Counted from the first letter of the stretch, positions 37,153 to 45,602 are shown. The stretch: DNA of 64,000 nucleotides from Chlamydiales bacterium (GCA_024233435.1 JACKPQ010000001.1:260829-324828); one strand, 5' to 3'. The notes: generated by a model from the letters alone, not told the origin. Made by a program: numbers and translations.

Positions 37153-39333
37153 TCACGCTGAATCAACAGAGGCGCTACAAGCAGACAGATCAAAAGAAAG
37201 CATAAGCTTGTCCATAAGACCTGTATGGCGCAAGAAGGCTTCGTTGTTTTTAATGGCAATGGCCAGGGCTTTTTTGGTGCCAATGAGAATCACGCGTTTT
37301 TTGCCACGGGTGATGCCGGTATAGAGCAAATTGCGGTAAAGAAGTTTGAAGTGGGAAGTATGCACTGGGATCACAACGCAGGGGCACTCGCTTCCTTGGT
37401 ACTTGTGAATTGAAACAGCGTAGGCTAAGACAAGCTCATCGAGCTCGGAAAAATCATAGGGGACTGTGAGCCCTTCAAAATCGACTTGGACCTCTTGATC
37501 AACCGTGTCAATTTTAACAATGCGTCCCACATCTCCATTGAAGACCTTTTTGTCATAGTTATTGCGGATTTGCATCACCTTATCCCCAAAATGAAAGCGG
37601 CGACCCATGCGCATAAGGGGGTTTTTGGAAGGGTTTAGCGTTGACTGAAGCACATGGTTGAGATTTTCTGTCCCAATAGGGCCTTTTTTCATAGGTGCAA
37701 GAACTTGAATATCATTAATAGCATCATAGCCATATTTTTCAGGAATACCTTTAGACACGAGGAAGTTGATTTTAGCTAAAATTTGCTCGGGCTCTTGTTC
37801 TTCGATAAAGGCAAAATCGCTTTTTTCTTCATATTCAAGATCAGGAAAGTAGCCTTTGTTGATGCTGTGGGCGCTGCGGATGATTTTTGAGCCTCGGGCT
37901 TGGCGAAAAATTTGAGTCAGACGTGTAACAGGGAGGACTTGTGACTCAATAATGTCTTTGAGAACCTTACCAGGGCCAACGCTTGGCAGCTGGTCAATGT
38001 CGCCAATAAGGATAACGCGCGCATTATCTGGGACAGCTTTTAGAAGGCTATACATCAACTGGGTGTCGATCATCGAAGCTTCGTCAATGATCAACAGGTC
38101 GCATGAAAGAGGATTTTCGCGGTTGCGTTTGAAGCCACCTTGTTGAAAATCAACCTCAAGAATGCTGTGAATGGTAAAGGCTTTACGACGGGTGATTTCG
38201 CTCATACGTTTAGCAGCGCGCCCTGTTGGAGCTGCAAGGATGACCTTGCTTGTAATTTTACTCAATATGGCAAGAATAGCTCGAGTGATCGTGCTCTTTC
38301 CTGTACCGGGGCCTCCAGTTAGAACATGCATCTTTTCACTGACGCTTTTTTTCACACCGTCGACCTGCTCGGGGGCTAAGTTAATGTAGAGTTTCTCCTG
38401 GACCCATTCGATGGCCTTTTCAATATCTAGATCACGGATAGAGCAGGGCTGGTCTGTTAAACGCTTGAGTTCGCGCACAATTCCAAGCTCTGCCATGAAA
38501 AGCGGCTTGATCCAAATTCGGCCTTGATCTTCAATAATGTGCTCATCTGTGACGAGTTTGGGCAAAGCATCTTCCACAAGCTTTGATTCAACTTCTAGCA
38601 TCTCGGTGACCCGCTCTAAAAGTTCATCTTTTGGAAAGCAGGTGTGGCCATCGCTACTGAGTTCCCAAAGCATATATTCAATGGCAGCCTCGATACGTAC
38701 AGGTGCATCTTTTGGAACGCCCAGTTTTTCGGCGATGCTATCTGCAGTTTTAAATCCCACGCCGTGAATTTCACGCGCTAGGCGATAGGGGTTATCTTGC
38801 ACCATATCGATGGCATCGTCGCTGTATTTACGATAAATTTTTTGCGCAAAAGAAGGGCTAATGCCATGGCCGCGCAAAAAGATAATCACATCGCGGATTG
38901 CTTTTTGCTCGCCCCAGCAATCTTGAATTTTTACAACGCGCTTTTCGCCAATGCCCTCAATTTCAAGGAGGCGGTAAGGAGTTTGGTCAATCACCTCCAA
39001 TGTTTTTACACCAAAGGCTTGCACGATTCTTTGGGCATAAACAGGCCCAATACCCTTCACCATTCCCGATTCAAGATATTTTTGAATTCCGATTACATCA
39101 GCTGGATAGTCGACCTCGTAGCTTGCAACTTCAAATTGCCTCCCAAAGGTAGGGTGGTGTTTCCATATGCCCTTTGCCCTTATCTTTTCGCCTGGGATGA
39201 TGCCTGGCATAGGGCCGACAACACAAGTGAGATCGGTGCATCGAGGCTGCTTTACGCGAGCTACGGTAAATCCTGTGTCCTCGCTAGAAAAAACAATTGA
39301 TTCAACAGAGCCAAAAAGATCATCCTGTTCCAT
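37153..39333 (-). CDS. recD: RecD2-type (RecD/YrrC-like) SF1B DNA helicase
   Basis: Walker A LTGGPGTGKST, LIIDEASMI and ILIGDIDQLPSVGPG. N-terminal HhH region and C-terminal SH3-like domain. First ATG at 39333 (the ORF opens at TTG 39357). Confidence 0.9.
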   Translation of the reverse strand: MEQDDLFGSVESIVFSSEDTGFTVARVKQPRCTDLTCVVGPMPGIIPGEKIRAKGIWKHHPTFGRQFEVASYEVDYPADVIGIQKYLESGMVKGIGPVYAQRIVQAFGVKTLEVIDQTPYRLLEIEGIGEKRVVKIQDCWGEQKAIRDVIIFLRGHGISPSFAQKIYRKYSDDAIDMVQDNPYRLAREIHGVGFKTADSIAEKLGVPKDAPVRIEAAIEYMLWELSSDGHTCFPKDELLERVTEMLEVESKLVEDALPKLVTDEHIIEDQGRIWIKPLFMAELGIVRELKRLTDQPCSIRDLDIEKAIEWVQEKLYINLAPEQVDGVKKSVSEKMHVLTGGPGTGKSTITRAILAILSKITSKVILAAPTGRAAKRMSEITRRKAFTIHSILEVDFQQGGFKRNRENPLSCDLLIIDEASMIDTQLMYSLLKAVPDNARVILIGDIDQLPSVGPGKVLKDIIESQVLPVTRLTQIFRQARGSKIIRSAHSINKGYFPDLEYEEKSDFAFIEEQEPEQILAKINFLVSKGIPEKYGYDAINDIQVLAPMKKGPIGTENLNHVLQSTLNPSKNPLMRMGRRFHFGDKVMQIRNNYDKKVFNGDVGRIVKIDTVDQEVQVDFEGLTVPYDFSELDELVLAYAVSIHKYQGSECPCVVIPVHTSHFKLLYRNLLYTGITRGKKRVILIGTKKALAIAIKNNEAFLRHTGLMDKLMLSFDLSACSASVDSA

Positions 39334-39402
39334 GGGCGTTACTGTACATGAGCGCAAAGCCTATTGCAATAAAAAGTGATTACTGGCAGAATAAATGAAT
39401 AT

Positions 39403-39475
39403 TCCGGATTAGCTCAGTTGGTAGAGCAACGGACTGTTAATCCGTTTGTCGCTGGTTCGAGTCCAGCATCCGGAG
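39403..39475 (+). tRNA. tRNA-Asn (anticodon GUU)
   Basis: Hand-folded cloverleaf: acceptor TCCGGAT/ATCCGGA, D arm GCTC/GAGC, anticodon arm ACGGA-CTGTTAA-TCCGT, T arm GCTGG-TTCGAGT-CCAGC, discriminator G. CCA is not encoded. Confidence 0.95.
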
Positions 39476-39480
39476 ACTTC

Positions 39481-39505
39481 AAGCCCCTCGCCCGAGGGGC
39501 TTTTT
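39481..39505 (+). terminator. Rho-independent terminator after tRNA-Asn
   Basis: aagcccctcg pairs with cgaggggctt and is followed by TTTTT. Confidence 0.75.
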
Positions 39506-39629
39506 ATAAAAATTTTATTATGAGTGCTTTGCTGTTTTTTAGCGTATCTTGACTTGTCAGCATAATTCTATAAATGAACAGATCGATCATCCAATAGCCG
39601 CACATAAAGAATGGTGCATGAACTTTTAG

Positions 39630-39821
39630 CTACTTTCTCTTTAACTTTGGATTTTCTGTTAACAAACCAAAATCGTCAATCTTATAGCTGTCATACAACT
39701 TACGATAATGGGCTCCATTAGGAACATCCTCCGAGGCCTGCCGAACAGACTTATTAGCAGCCTTTTTCTTCGGCTTCTTATTCTCTTCACGGAAATAGGG
39801 TTTTCGGTGCGACCTGCTCAT
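39630..39821 (-). CDS. Small, highly basic hypothetical protein, 63 aa
   Basis: The ORF is MSRSHRKPYFREENKKPKKKAANKSVRQASEDVPNGAHYRKLYDSYKIDDFGLLTENPKLKRK. A diverged paralog lies at 41197-41445. Confidence 0.5.
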   Translation of the reverse strand: MSRSHRKPYFREENKKPKKKAANKSVRQASEDVPNGAHYRKLYDSYKIDDFGLLTENPKLKRK

Positions 39822-40040
39822 TTAAACCTCTTTTTAAATTGCTATTTGTAGGGTCACAAAGCTTTGAAGGGTCTTTTTTTATTTTTAATTCAGACCTGTG
39901 ATGTTAATATAAAATGCTATGCAAATGAAGTGAGGAAGCCGTATTCTTGCAGAATGGGCATAAGAACGGTTGCAATCCATTCAGCAAATCACTTATGATC
40001 GTCCAAAACAACTTTAGAAGGCATGCTAAAAAAGAAGCAA
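39688..40040. repeat. Direct repeat copy 1 (small basic gene plus its upstream region)
   Basis: Aligns by hand with 41264-41495. The 99-bp core 39924-40022 matches 41377-41475 at 92/99. Copy 1 carries an extra 120 bp (39804-39923) that is absent from copy 2. Confidence 0.8.
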
Positions 40041-40143
40041 AGAGCTCAATCCAGGCAGTTGTCTTATTTAAACAAGAAGTAGAAGATGAATCAAATTTGC
40101 TGCCGTAGAAAATATATATTTTAGTTTTAACAGGAGTTTTTTT

Positions 40144-41091
40144 ATGATGAGCCTAGAAACACAGCAAGAAAGAGTCAGAATTACGGCCTACTTTCAAGGT
40201 GAGACAGAAAATCAGAAGTCTTCTCTAACACTTGGCCGTGTAATTCTCCAACTTCCAGATTCTAAAACCAGAATCACCCTTCTACTCCCAAAGGAATCCG
40301 TTCACGAGAGATCTGAACCTCTCAAATTTTGTGTGAAAAGAGAGGGGAATTGGAGGGAAGAACAACTTGAAGGGCTCCGACTCACCGTAGAAAAAGCAAA
40401 TCGCTTTGGTATGACCATTTATGTTTTCAAACATGGTGAAAATGTAGGCCCGATGATCCGACATCAAGATGGTACTACCTGCCAGCAACCGACAGTAAAA
40501 CGCTCTGAAAGTAAAGTGCAGGTTACGCGACCTGCGAAAATCGAACCGGGAGCTCATTATCGTTTGGAGATTACTTCCACAAACGGATCCAGTGCTGAAG
40601 CCAATCTAATAAAGATTGAAGGACCAATTCAAAAATCAAAAACTATGGGTGATGATTCAAAACTTTTCCGGAACGTGTATCCATCCATTATGGATTTACT
40701 CCGCCAGAAAGTTTTGGATGCTGAGAATCTCGTAAAGAAGTCCGTAGACTACGCCGATACTATTACCTTTAAATCAAGATTTAATGAAGAATTAGCAAAA
40801 CAATCTATCCTTACTGCAATAAACGGACTACACAGCGAAAAACGTGGTCAACTTGAGAAAATGTGCGAAACAGATAACTCAACACAAAATATTCCACTTG
40901 GCAGAAAGGCAGTCAGCCTTTTTCTTCTAGCCCTAGAAAGGACTGATATTGGACAGTTGCTGCAAGATCAGCTAGAGGCTGCGGTTGGTAAGGATTACCC
41001 TATTCTACTTGGAATTGTCTACAATGATATATTAGTACCTTTTATTGATGAAATCAAATTCATGGCTAGACAATATGACAACGAAATCTAA
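40144..41091 (+). CDS. Hypothetical protein, 315 aa, bracketed by the direct repeats
   Basis: Long ORF with AGGAG upstream. The N-terminal half looks beta-rich and the C-terminal half helical. No motif recognised. Confidence 0.6.
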   Translation: MMSLETQQERVRITAYFQGETENQKSSLTLGRVILQLPDSKTRITLLLPKESVHERSEPLKFCVKREGNWREEQLEGLRLTVEKANRFGMTIYVFKHGENVGPMIRHQDGTTCQQPTVKRSESKVQVTRPAKIEPGAHYRLEITSTNGSSAEANLIKIEGPIQKSKTMGDDSKLFRNVYPSIMDLLRQKVLDAENLVKKSVDYADTITFKSRFNEELAKQSILTAINGLHSEKRGQLEKMCETDNSTQNIPLGRKAVSLFLLALERTDIGQLLQDQLEAAVGKDYPILLGIVYNDILVPFIDEIKFMARQYDNEI

Positions 41092-41196
41092 AGGTTGCCC
41101 GCAAAGCAAACCTTATGATGATTTCTTTTGGGCTACTTTTTGTCCGGGCATGACACTAGGGTGAGGGGTTGTATAGATAGTCGAAACTTGTATGCA

Positions 41197-41445
41197 CTAT
41201 AGAGAGTAAAGGAAATAGCTGCTGCAATTTCCTTGGAGCTCCCAATTCTTTTCATGGGTATGGCTGTCATGCAACTTACGATAGTGGATGCCATCATGAA
41301 CATCCTCCGAGGCCTGCCGAACAGACTTATTAGCAGCTTTTCTTGATTTCTTGTTCTCTTCATGAAAGTAGGGCTTAATGAAGTGAGAAAGCCGTTTTCT
41401 TGCAGAATGGGCATAAGAACGGTTGCACCCCATTGAGCAAATCAC
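41197..41445 (-). pseudogene. Diverged or rearranged paralog of the small basic protein gene
   Basis: ...HFIKPYFHEENKKSRKAANKSVRQASEDVHDGIHYRKLHDS... matches the 39630-39821 product. The N-terminus is fused to upstream repeat sequence (GTG start) and the C-terminus is unrelated. Which copy is ancestral is unclear. Confidence 0.4.
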
Positions 41446-41495
41446 TTATGATCGCCCAAAGCAACTTTAGAAGGCGTGAAAATCAAGGAATCAAA
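41264..41495. repeat. Direct repeat copy 2
   Basis: See copy 1. The repeat runs into the first codons of the MazG-like ORF. Copy 1 retains only a 19-codon stub of that start (ATGCTAAAAAAGAAG... at 40023). Confidence 0.8.
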
Positions 41496-41496
41496 A

Positions 41497-41880
41497 ATGT
41501 GTAAATTTAGACCTTTTTTCTCGATGTTTGTTTGTCTAGTGGCCTTTTCGGTAAAAGTAGTAGGGGCAGAGAGCCACACGTATCAAGATCAACGGAAGCA
41601 GCTGGATTACGATGAAGAATATTTTGAAATCAACGAGGGATTTGAAAAGCTCCGTCATATTTTGCTGCATTTGATGAAATCAACTGGTAAGATAGCAGCT
41701 TATTGTGAGATAAAGGAGCATGGAAGAGAAGTCAGTGAAACCCAACTTCTTGATGAGGCGCTTCCAGATTTGTATATGCATGCTTTGCAGATTGCTAATT
41801 TGTTTGAGTTGGATCTAGGCGCCAAGTATGAAGAGCGAATTGCCAGTAACATTGCCCGCTTTGGAGGTGTGTCGAAATGA
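41497..41880 (+). CDS. MazG-like all-alpha NTP-pyrophosphohydrolase-fold protein with an N-terminal signal or anchor (weak call)
   Basis: LLHLMKSTGKIAAYCE...DEALPDLYMHALQIANLFELDLGAKYEERIASNIAR aligns by eye with MazG-like helices, but the EExxE metal motif is not conserved. Hydrophobic N-terminus MCKFRPFFSMFVCLVAFSVKVVGA. Confidence 0.4.
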   Translation: MCKFRPFFSMFVCLVAFSVKVVGAESHTYQDQRKQLDYDEEYFEINEGFEKLRHILLHLMKSTGKIAAYCEIKEHGREVSETQLLDEALPDLYMHALQIANLFELDLGAKYEERIASNIARFGGVSK

Positions 41881-41908
41881 GCTTAGTCCGTGATTTTAAG
41901 AAGGTTTT

Positions 41909-43309
41909 ATGAACATAGTTAAATCCAAGCGCTCGATCAGAATCTTTACCCTGACAATGATTAACATCGCTGCTACTTGCAGCATTCAGAATTGGCCTTT
42001 GACGGCCGAGTACGGCTTTTCTTCCCTATTTTTCTCTTTGCTCAGCGCTTTGGTTTTCTTTATTCCTGTCTCTTTGGTGTCTGCAGAGTTGGCTACAGGC
42101 TGGCCAGAGCGTGGAGGCGTTTTCACATGGGTCAAAGAAGCTATGGGCCACAGGATGGGGTTTTTAGCGGTTTGGCTTCAATGGGCAGAAAACGTTATCT
42201 GGTACCCGACTATTTTATCCTTTATCGGGGCTGCTATTGCTTATAGCTTTAATCCTGCACTAGCAAACAACAATGTCTATATGGGAATTGTGATTATCGC
42301 AGCTTTTTGGGGTGCTACGCTGATGAATTTATGCGGCATGAAAATATCGGGGCTTATTAGCTCTGTTGGTGTTATTGTTGGTACGATCATCCCAGGGGCG
42401 CTTATTATTTGCTTAGGACTCATATGGCTATTTGGAAGCCAACCCCTGCAAATCGAGCTGAGCTGGGATGCGCTTTTACCAGATTTAAGCTCTCCCTATC
42501 AGCTTTCTTTGCTAGTGGGAGTATTAACTGGTTTTACTGGGATGGAAATGTCCGCTGTGCATGCCCGTGATGTCATCAACCCCCAGAAAAATTATCCACG
42601 AGCGATTTTCCTATCAGCACTCATTGTTCTCTTTTTGTTTGTTTTAGGAACACTTTCTATTGCATTTGTTATTCCACAGAAGGAAATCAGCCTTGTTGGA
42701 GGGGCGCTGGAGGCGCTTTCCCATTTTATGCGTCGTTATGGACTTGGCTCATCGGTTCCCATTCTAGCTATTCTTGTTGCTTTTGGAGCGTTAGGCAGTA
42801 TGAGCACTTGGGCAGCGGGGCCAATTAAAGGGCTATTGGCAGCTGCGCAAAGCGGGGAATTCCCTCCGATTTTGCACCGTGTTAATAAAAATGACATGCC
42901 AGTAGCGATGATGATTATGCAAGGCGTCATCGTGTCTCTTTTGTCACTTGTTTTTGTCTTGATGCGCGATGTCAATATTTCATTTTGGATTCTTTTGGTT
43001 TTGATGTCGCAGCTGTATTTGATTATGTATGTGTTGATGTTTGTTGCAGCGATTATTTTGCGCTACAAAAGGGCGAATGTGCAACGGGCTTATACAATAC
43101 CTGGAGGGCGGCTTGGCATGTGGTTTGTCGCAGGTGTAGGGGCTTTAGGTTCACTAGCTGCGCTGATCATTAGCTTTTTTCCTCCACGTCAGATCAATAC
43201 AGGTAATGTTCTTTTCTATGAGCTATTTTTGCTGATTGGCATCGTGACGGTCTGCACGATACCGTTTGTGATTCTGCTCTTTAAGAAACCCAGTTGGGAC
43301 AAACCCTAG
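41909..43309 (+). CDS. gadC: APC-family glutamate:GABA antiporter-like permease
   Basis: 12 TM. Shares GGVFTWV, TIPGG and SFFPP segments and overall collinearity with E. coli GadC as I recall it. Lacks the ~35-aa C-terminal plug. Confidence 0.8.
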   Translation: MNIVKSKRSIRIFTLTMINIAATCSIQNWPLTAEYGFSSLFFSLLSALVFFIPVSLVSAELATGWPERGGVFTWVKEAMGHRMGFLAVWLQWAENVIWYPTILSFIGAAIAYSFNPALANNNVYMGIVIIAAFWGATLMNLCGMKISGLISSVGVIVGTIIPGALIICLGLIWLFGSQPLQIELSWDALLPDLSSPYQLSLLVGVLTGFTGMEMSAVHARDVINPQKNYPRAIFLSALIVLFLFVLGTLSIAFVIPQKEISLVGGALEALSHFMRRYGLGSSVPILAILVAFGALGSMSTWAAGPIKGLLAAAQSGEFPPILHRVNKNDMPVAMMIMQGVIVSLLSLVFVLMRDVNISFWILLVLMSQLYLIMYVLMFVAAIILRYKRANVQRAYTIPGGRLGMWFVAGVGALGSLAALIISFFPPRQINTGNVLFYELFLLIGIVTVCTIPFVILLFKKPSWDKP

Positions 43310-43547
43310 CGCGTGGCATTGGCTTTGAATATAGCTGTTTTATGTCATTTATAATTAGGCGTATATAGATTTATAACTCATAAATGAGCTATAACATGAG
43401 TTATATAAGAGAGGTTTATGCATCATGAATTGGAATTGGAAATTACCTAGTTAGCCAACTTTTTGCTATGGTCCATCCAAGGTTGCCGATTTAGAAAAGC
43501 AATTTCATATGGAAATTGGCACCACTTTTGCATATCTCAAAATCAGC

Positions 43548-44177
43548 TCAATCTAGAATGCTGACAGCTCCTGTGTGCATGTCGTAGTATCCTGCGTAGA
43601 CTTTGAGGCTGCCTTTTGATACAAGGTTTGCAATCGCCTTTGTTTTTAAGAGGGTATTTTTCATGTTGATGGCGTTTGTTTTAATGGCTGCTTCTAAAAG
43701 TGGGCGGGAGCGTTCTTTTTCGACTTTTTGCACGGCAGGCTCTATGAGTTTTGCAATTGTGGGGATGGTTTCTGTTGTATCTTTGATCACAGCATCTACT
43801 GCGCCGCAGTTTTCGTGTCCAAGGACAAGAATGATCGATGAGTGCAAGTGAAGAGCTGAGTAGTTAATGCTTTGTAGTTCAATAGGGCCTATCACATTGC
43901 CGGCAACGCGTACGACGAACAGATCGCCAATTCCTTGGTCAAAAATAATTTCTGGAGCAACGCGGGAGTCAGCGCAGCTGACGATAATGGCAAAGGGCTC
44001 TTGGCTAGCTGTGAGTGCTTGGCGGCTTTCAGCTGTTCGATTGGGATGCTCGAGAGAGTCTTGGACATAGCGTTTATTCCCTTCCATTAACTGCTCTAAT
44101 GGAGTCTGTGCGAATAATCCAAAACTAACTAATCCAATAAGAATTATCCTCATATTTTTTTTAATAATTATTTTCAT
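43548..44177 (-). CDS. Beta-class carbonic anhydrase with a signal peptide
   Basis: CADSRV and HENCGAV zinc-ligand motifs. N-terminus MKIIIKKNMRIILIGLVSFGLFAQ. ATG 44177 (the ORF opens at TTG 44189). Confidence 0.85.
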   Translation of the reverse strand: MKIIIKKNMRIILIGLVSFGLFAQTPLEQLMEGNKRYVQDSLEHPNRTAESRQALTASQEPFAIIVSCADSRVAPEIIFDQGIGDLFVVRVAGNVIGPIELQSINYSALHLHSSIILVLGHENCGAVDAVIKDTTETIPTIAKLIEPAVQKVEKERSRPLLEAAIKTNAINMKNTLLKTKAIANLVSKGSLKVYAGYYDMHTGAVSILD

Positions 44178-44218
44178 ATAAATTGTCAAATTGTCTATGA
44201 ATGGAATAAAGGGGTTTT

Positions 44219-45601
44219 ATGCAGAAAAAAGATGATTCAGATAAAGGGCATGCCAGTACATATAGCTCTCGTTATTTTACCAAAGACATTCCAAAGCATA
44301 AAATGCCTGTGCAGAGCATGCCTGCTAATGCAGTCTATCAATTGATTCATGACGAGTTGAATATGGATTGTAATCCAGCTCTTAATTTGGCAAGCTTTTG
44401 CACGACGTGGATGGAGCCAGAAGCGCAGCAAATTTATAAGGAAAATGTTCACAAAAATTTTATCGATCACGACCAGTATCCTCAAACAGAGGTGATTCAT
44501 AAGCGGTGCATCAATATGCTTGCTCATTTGTTTAATGCCCCAGATGATTGCAAAACGATTGGGTCTGCAACGATTGGTTCATCAGAGGCGATTATGCTTG
44601 CTCTTTTAGGCCACAAATGGACCTGGAAAAAGCGGCGCGAGCAAGAGGGAAAAGCAACGGACAAGCCTAACATTATTTTTGGTGCAGATGTTCATATTTG
44701 TTGGGATAAGTTTGCCAAGTATTTTGATGTCGAAATGAGAATTATTCCGATGGAGAAAGATTGCTATGTCATTTCAGCAGAAAAGGTGAAACCTCTCATT
44801 GATGAAAATACAATTTGTGTAGGAGCAATTCTTGGAACAACGTTTACTGGGCAGGCTGATCCTATTGAAGAGATCAATAACTTGCTGTTAAAAGTGAAAA
44901 AAGAAAAAGGCTGGGATATTCCCGTTCATGTTGACGGTGCAAGTGGAGGCTTTGTCACTCCGTTTACACAACCAGATCTTCTTTGGGATTTCCGCCTTGA
45001 GCAGGTCAAATCCATCAATGTTTCTGGTCATAAATTTGGTCTGGTTTATCCTGGGCTTGGCTGGGTTTTATGGAAAGATGAAAAGGATTTTCCAGAGGAT
45101 TTGATTTTTCATGTTAATTACCTGGGTGGTTCGATGCCGACATACACGCTCAATTTTTCTCGCAATAGCGTTGGAATATATGGGCAGTATTACAATTTCT
45201 TGCGCCTTGGAAAAGAAGGGTATACCCGCATCATGAACAACTGTCTGGAAAACGCTCAGTACTTAGCAAAGAAGCTTTCGGAATTGAAAGAGTTTCACAT
45301 GATCAACGAAAGCCAAATGCTGCCCATTGTAGCTATCCGTTTGACTGACGATGTAAAAAATTACACAGTTTTTGATCTTTCTCATAAGTTGCGTGAGCGA
45401 GGATGGGTCATCTCTGCATATACCTTGCCTGCTAATGCTCAAGATACGGCCATCATGCGTATTGTTGTTCGCGAGCATTTAAGCCGTGATATGGTAGAGA
45501 TTCTTTTTGCCGATATCCAAAATGCGATTAAAGCACTTGAAACCGGACAGAAAACAACTGGTAATGGAAGCTCTCCTCGAAAAGGCCAGCATGTTTGTTG
45601 A
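44219..45601 (+). CDS. gadB: Glutamate decarboxylase (PLP-dependent, group II)
   Basis: 460 aa with the PLP-lysine motif SGHKFGLVYPGLGW and N-terminal ...MPANAVYQLIHDELNMDCNPALNLASFCTTWMEPEA, typical of GAD. Confidence 0.9.
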   Translation: MQKKDDSDKGHASTYSSRYFTKDIPKHKMPVQSMPANAVYQLIHDELNMDCNPALNLASFCTTWMEPEAQQIYKENVHKNFIDHDQYPQTEVIHKRCINMLAHLFNAPDDCKTIGSATIGSSEAIMLALLGHKWTWKKRREQEGKATDKPNIIFGADVHICWDKFAKYFDVEMRIIPMEKDCYVISAEKVKPLIDENTICVGAILGTTFTGQADPIEEINNLLLKVKKEKGWDIPVHVDGASGGFVTPFTQPDLLWDFRLEQVKSINVSGHKFGLVYPGLGWVLWKDEKDFPEDLIFHVNYLGGSMPTYTLNFSRNSVGIYGQYYNFLRLGKEGYTRIMNNCLENAQYLAKKLSELKEFHMINESQMLPIVAIRLTDDVKNYTVFDLSHKLRERGWVISAYTLPANAQDTAIMRIVVREHLSRDMVEILFADIQNAIKALETGQKTTGNGSSPRKGQHVC

Positions 45602-45602
45602 T

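Noticed and set aside
37146-37283. The ORF-track N-terminal extension of the RNA ligase (MAPKKPWPLPLKTT...), which overlaps the recD2 3' end by 131 nt.
   Set aside because: The extension is in an alternative frame of the conserved RecD2 C-terminus and has no ligase-related sequence. ATG 37145 gives a protein that starts just before the conserved KYPRTPHL segment.
41133-41414. A 93-aa minus-strand ORF in a second frame across the small-basic-gene paralog.
   Set aside because: Only the 41197-41445 frame reproduces the KPYF...ANKSVRQASEDV core of the intact paralog. The other frame is incidental.
43372-43405. A 10-bp inverted repeat, TATAACTCAT-N14-ATGAGTTATA, between the convergent gadC and carbonic anhydrase genes, plus a nearby GAATTGGAATTGGAAATT repeat.
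   Set aside because: It is AT-rich with a long loop and no U-tract. It could be a weak bidirectional terminator, but it is also compatible with chance in AT-rich spacer. It is not strong enough to call.
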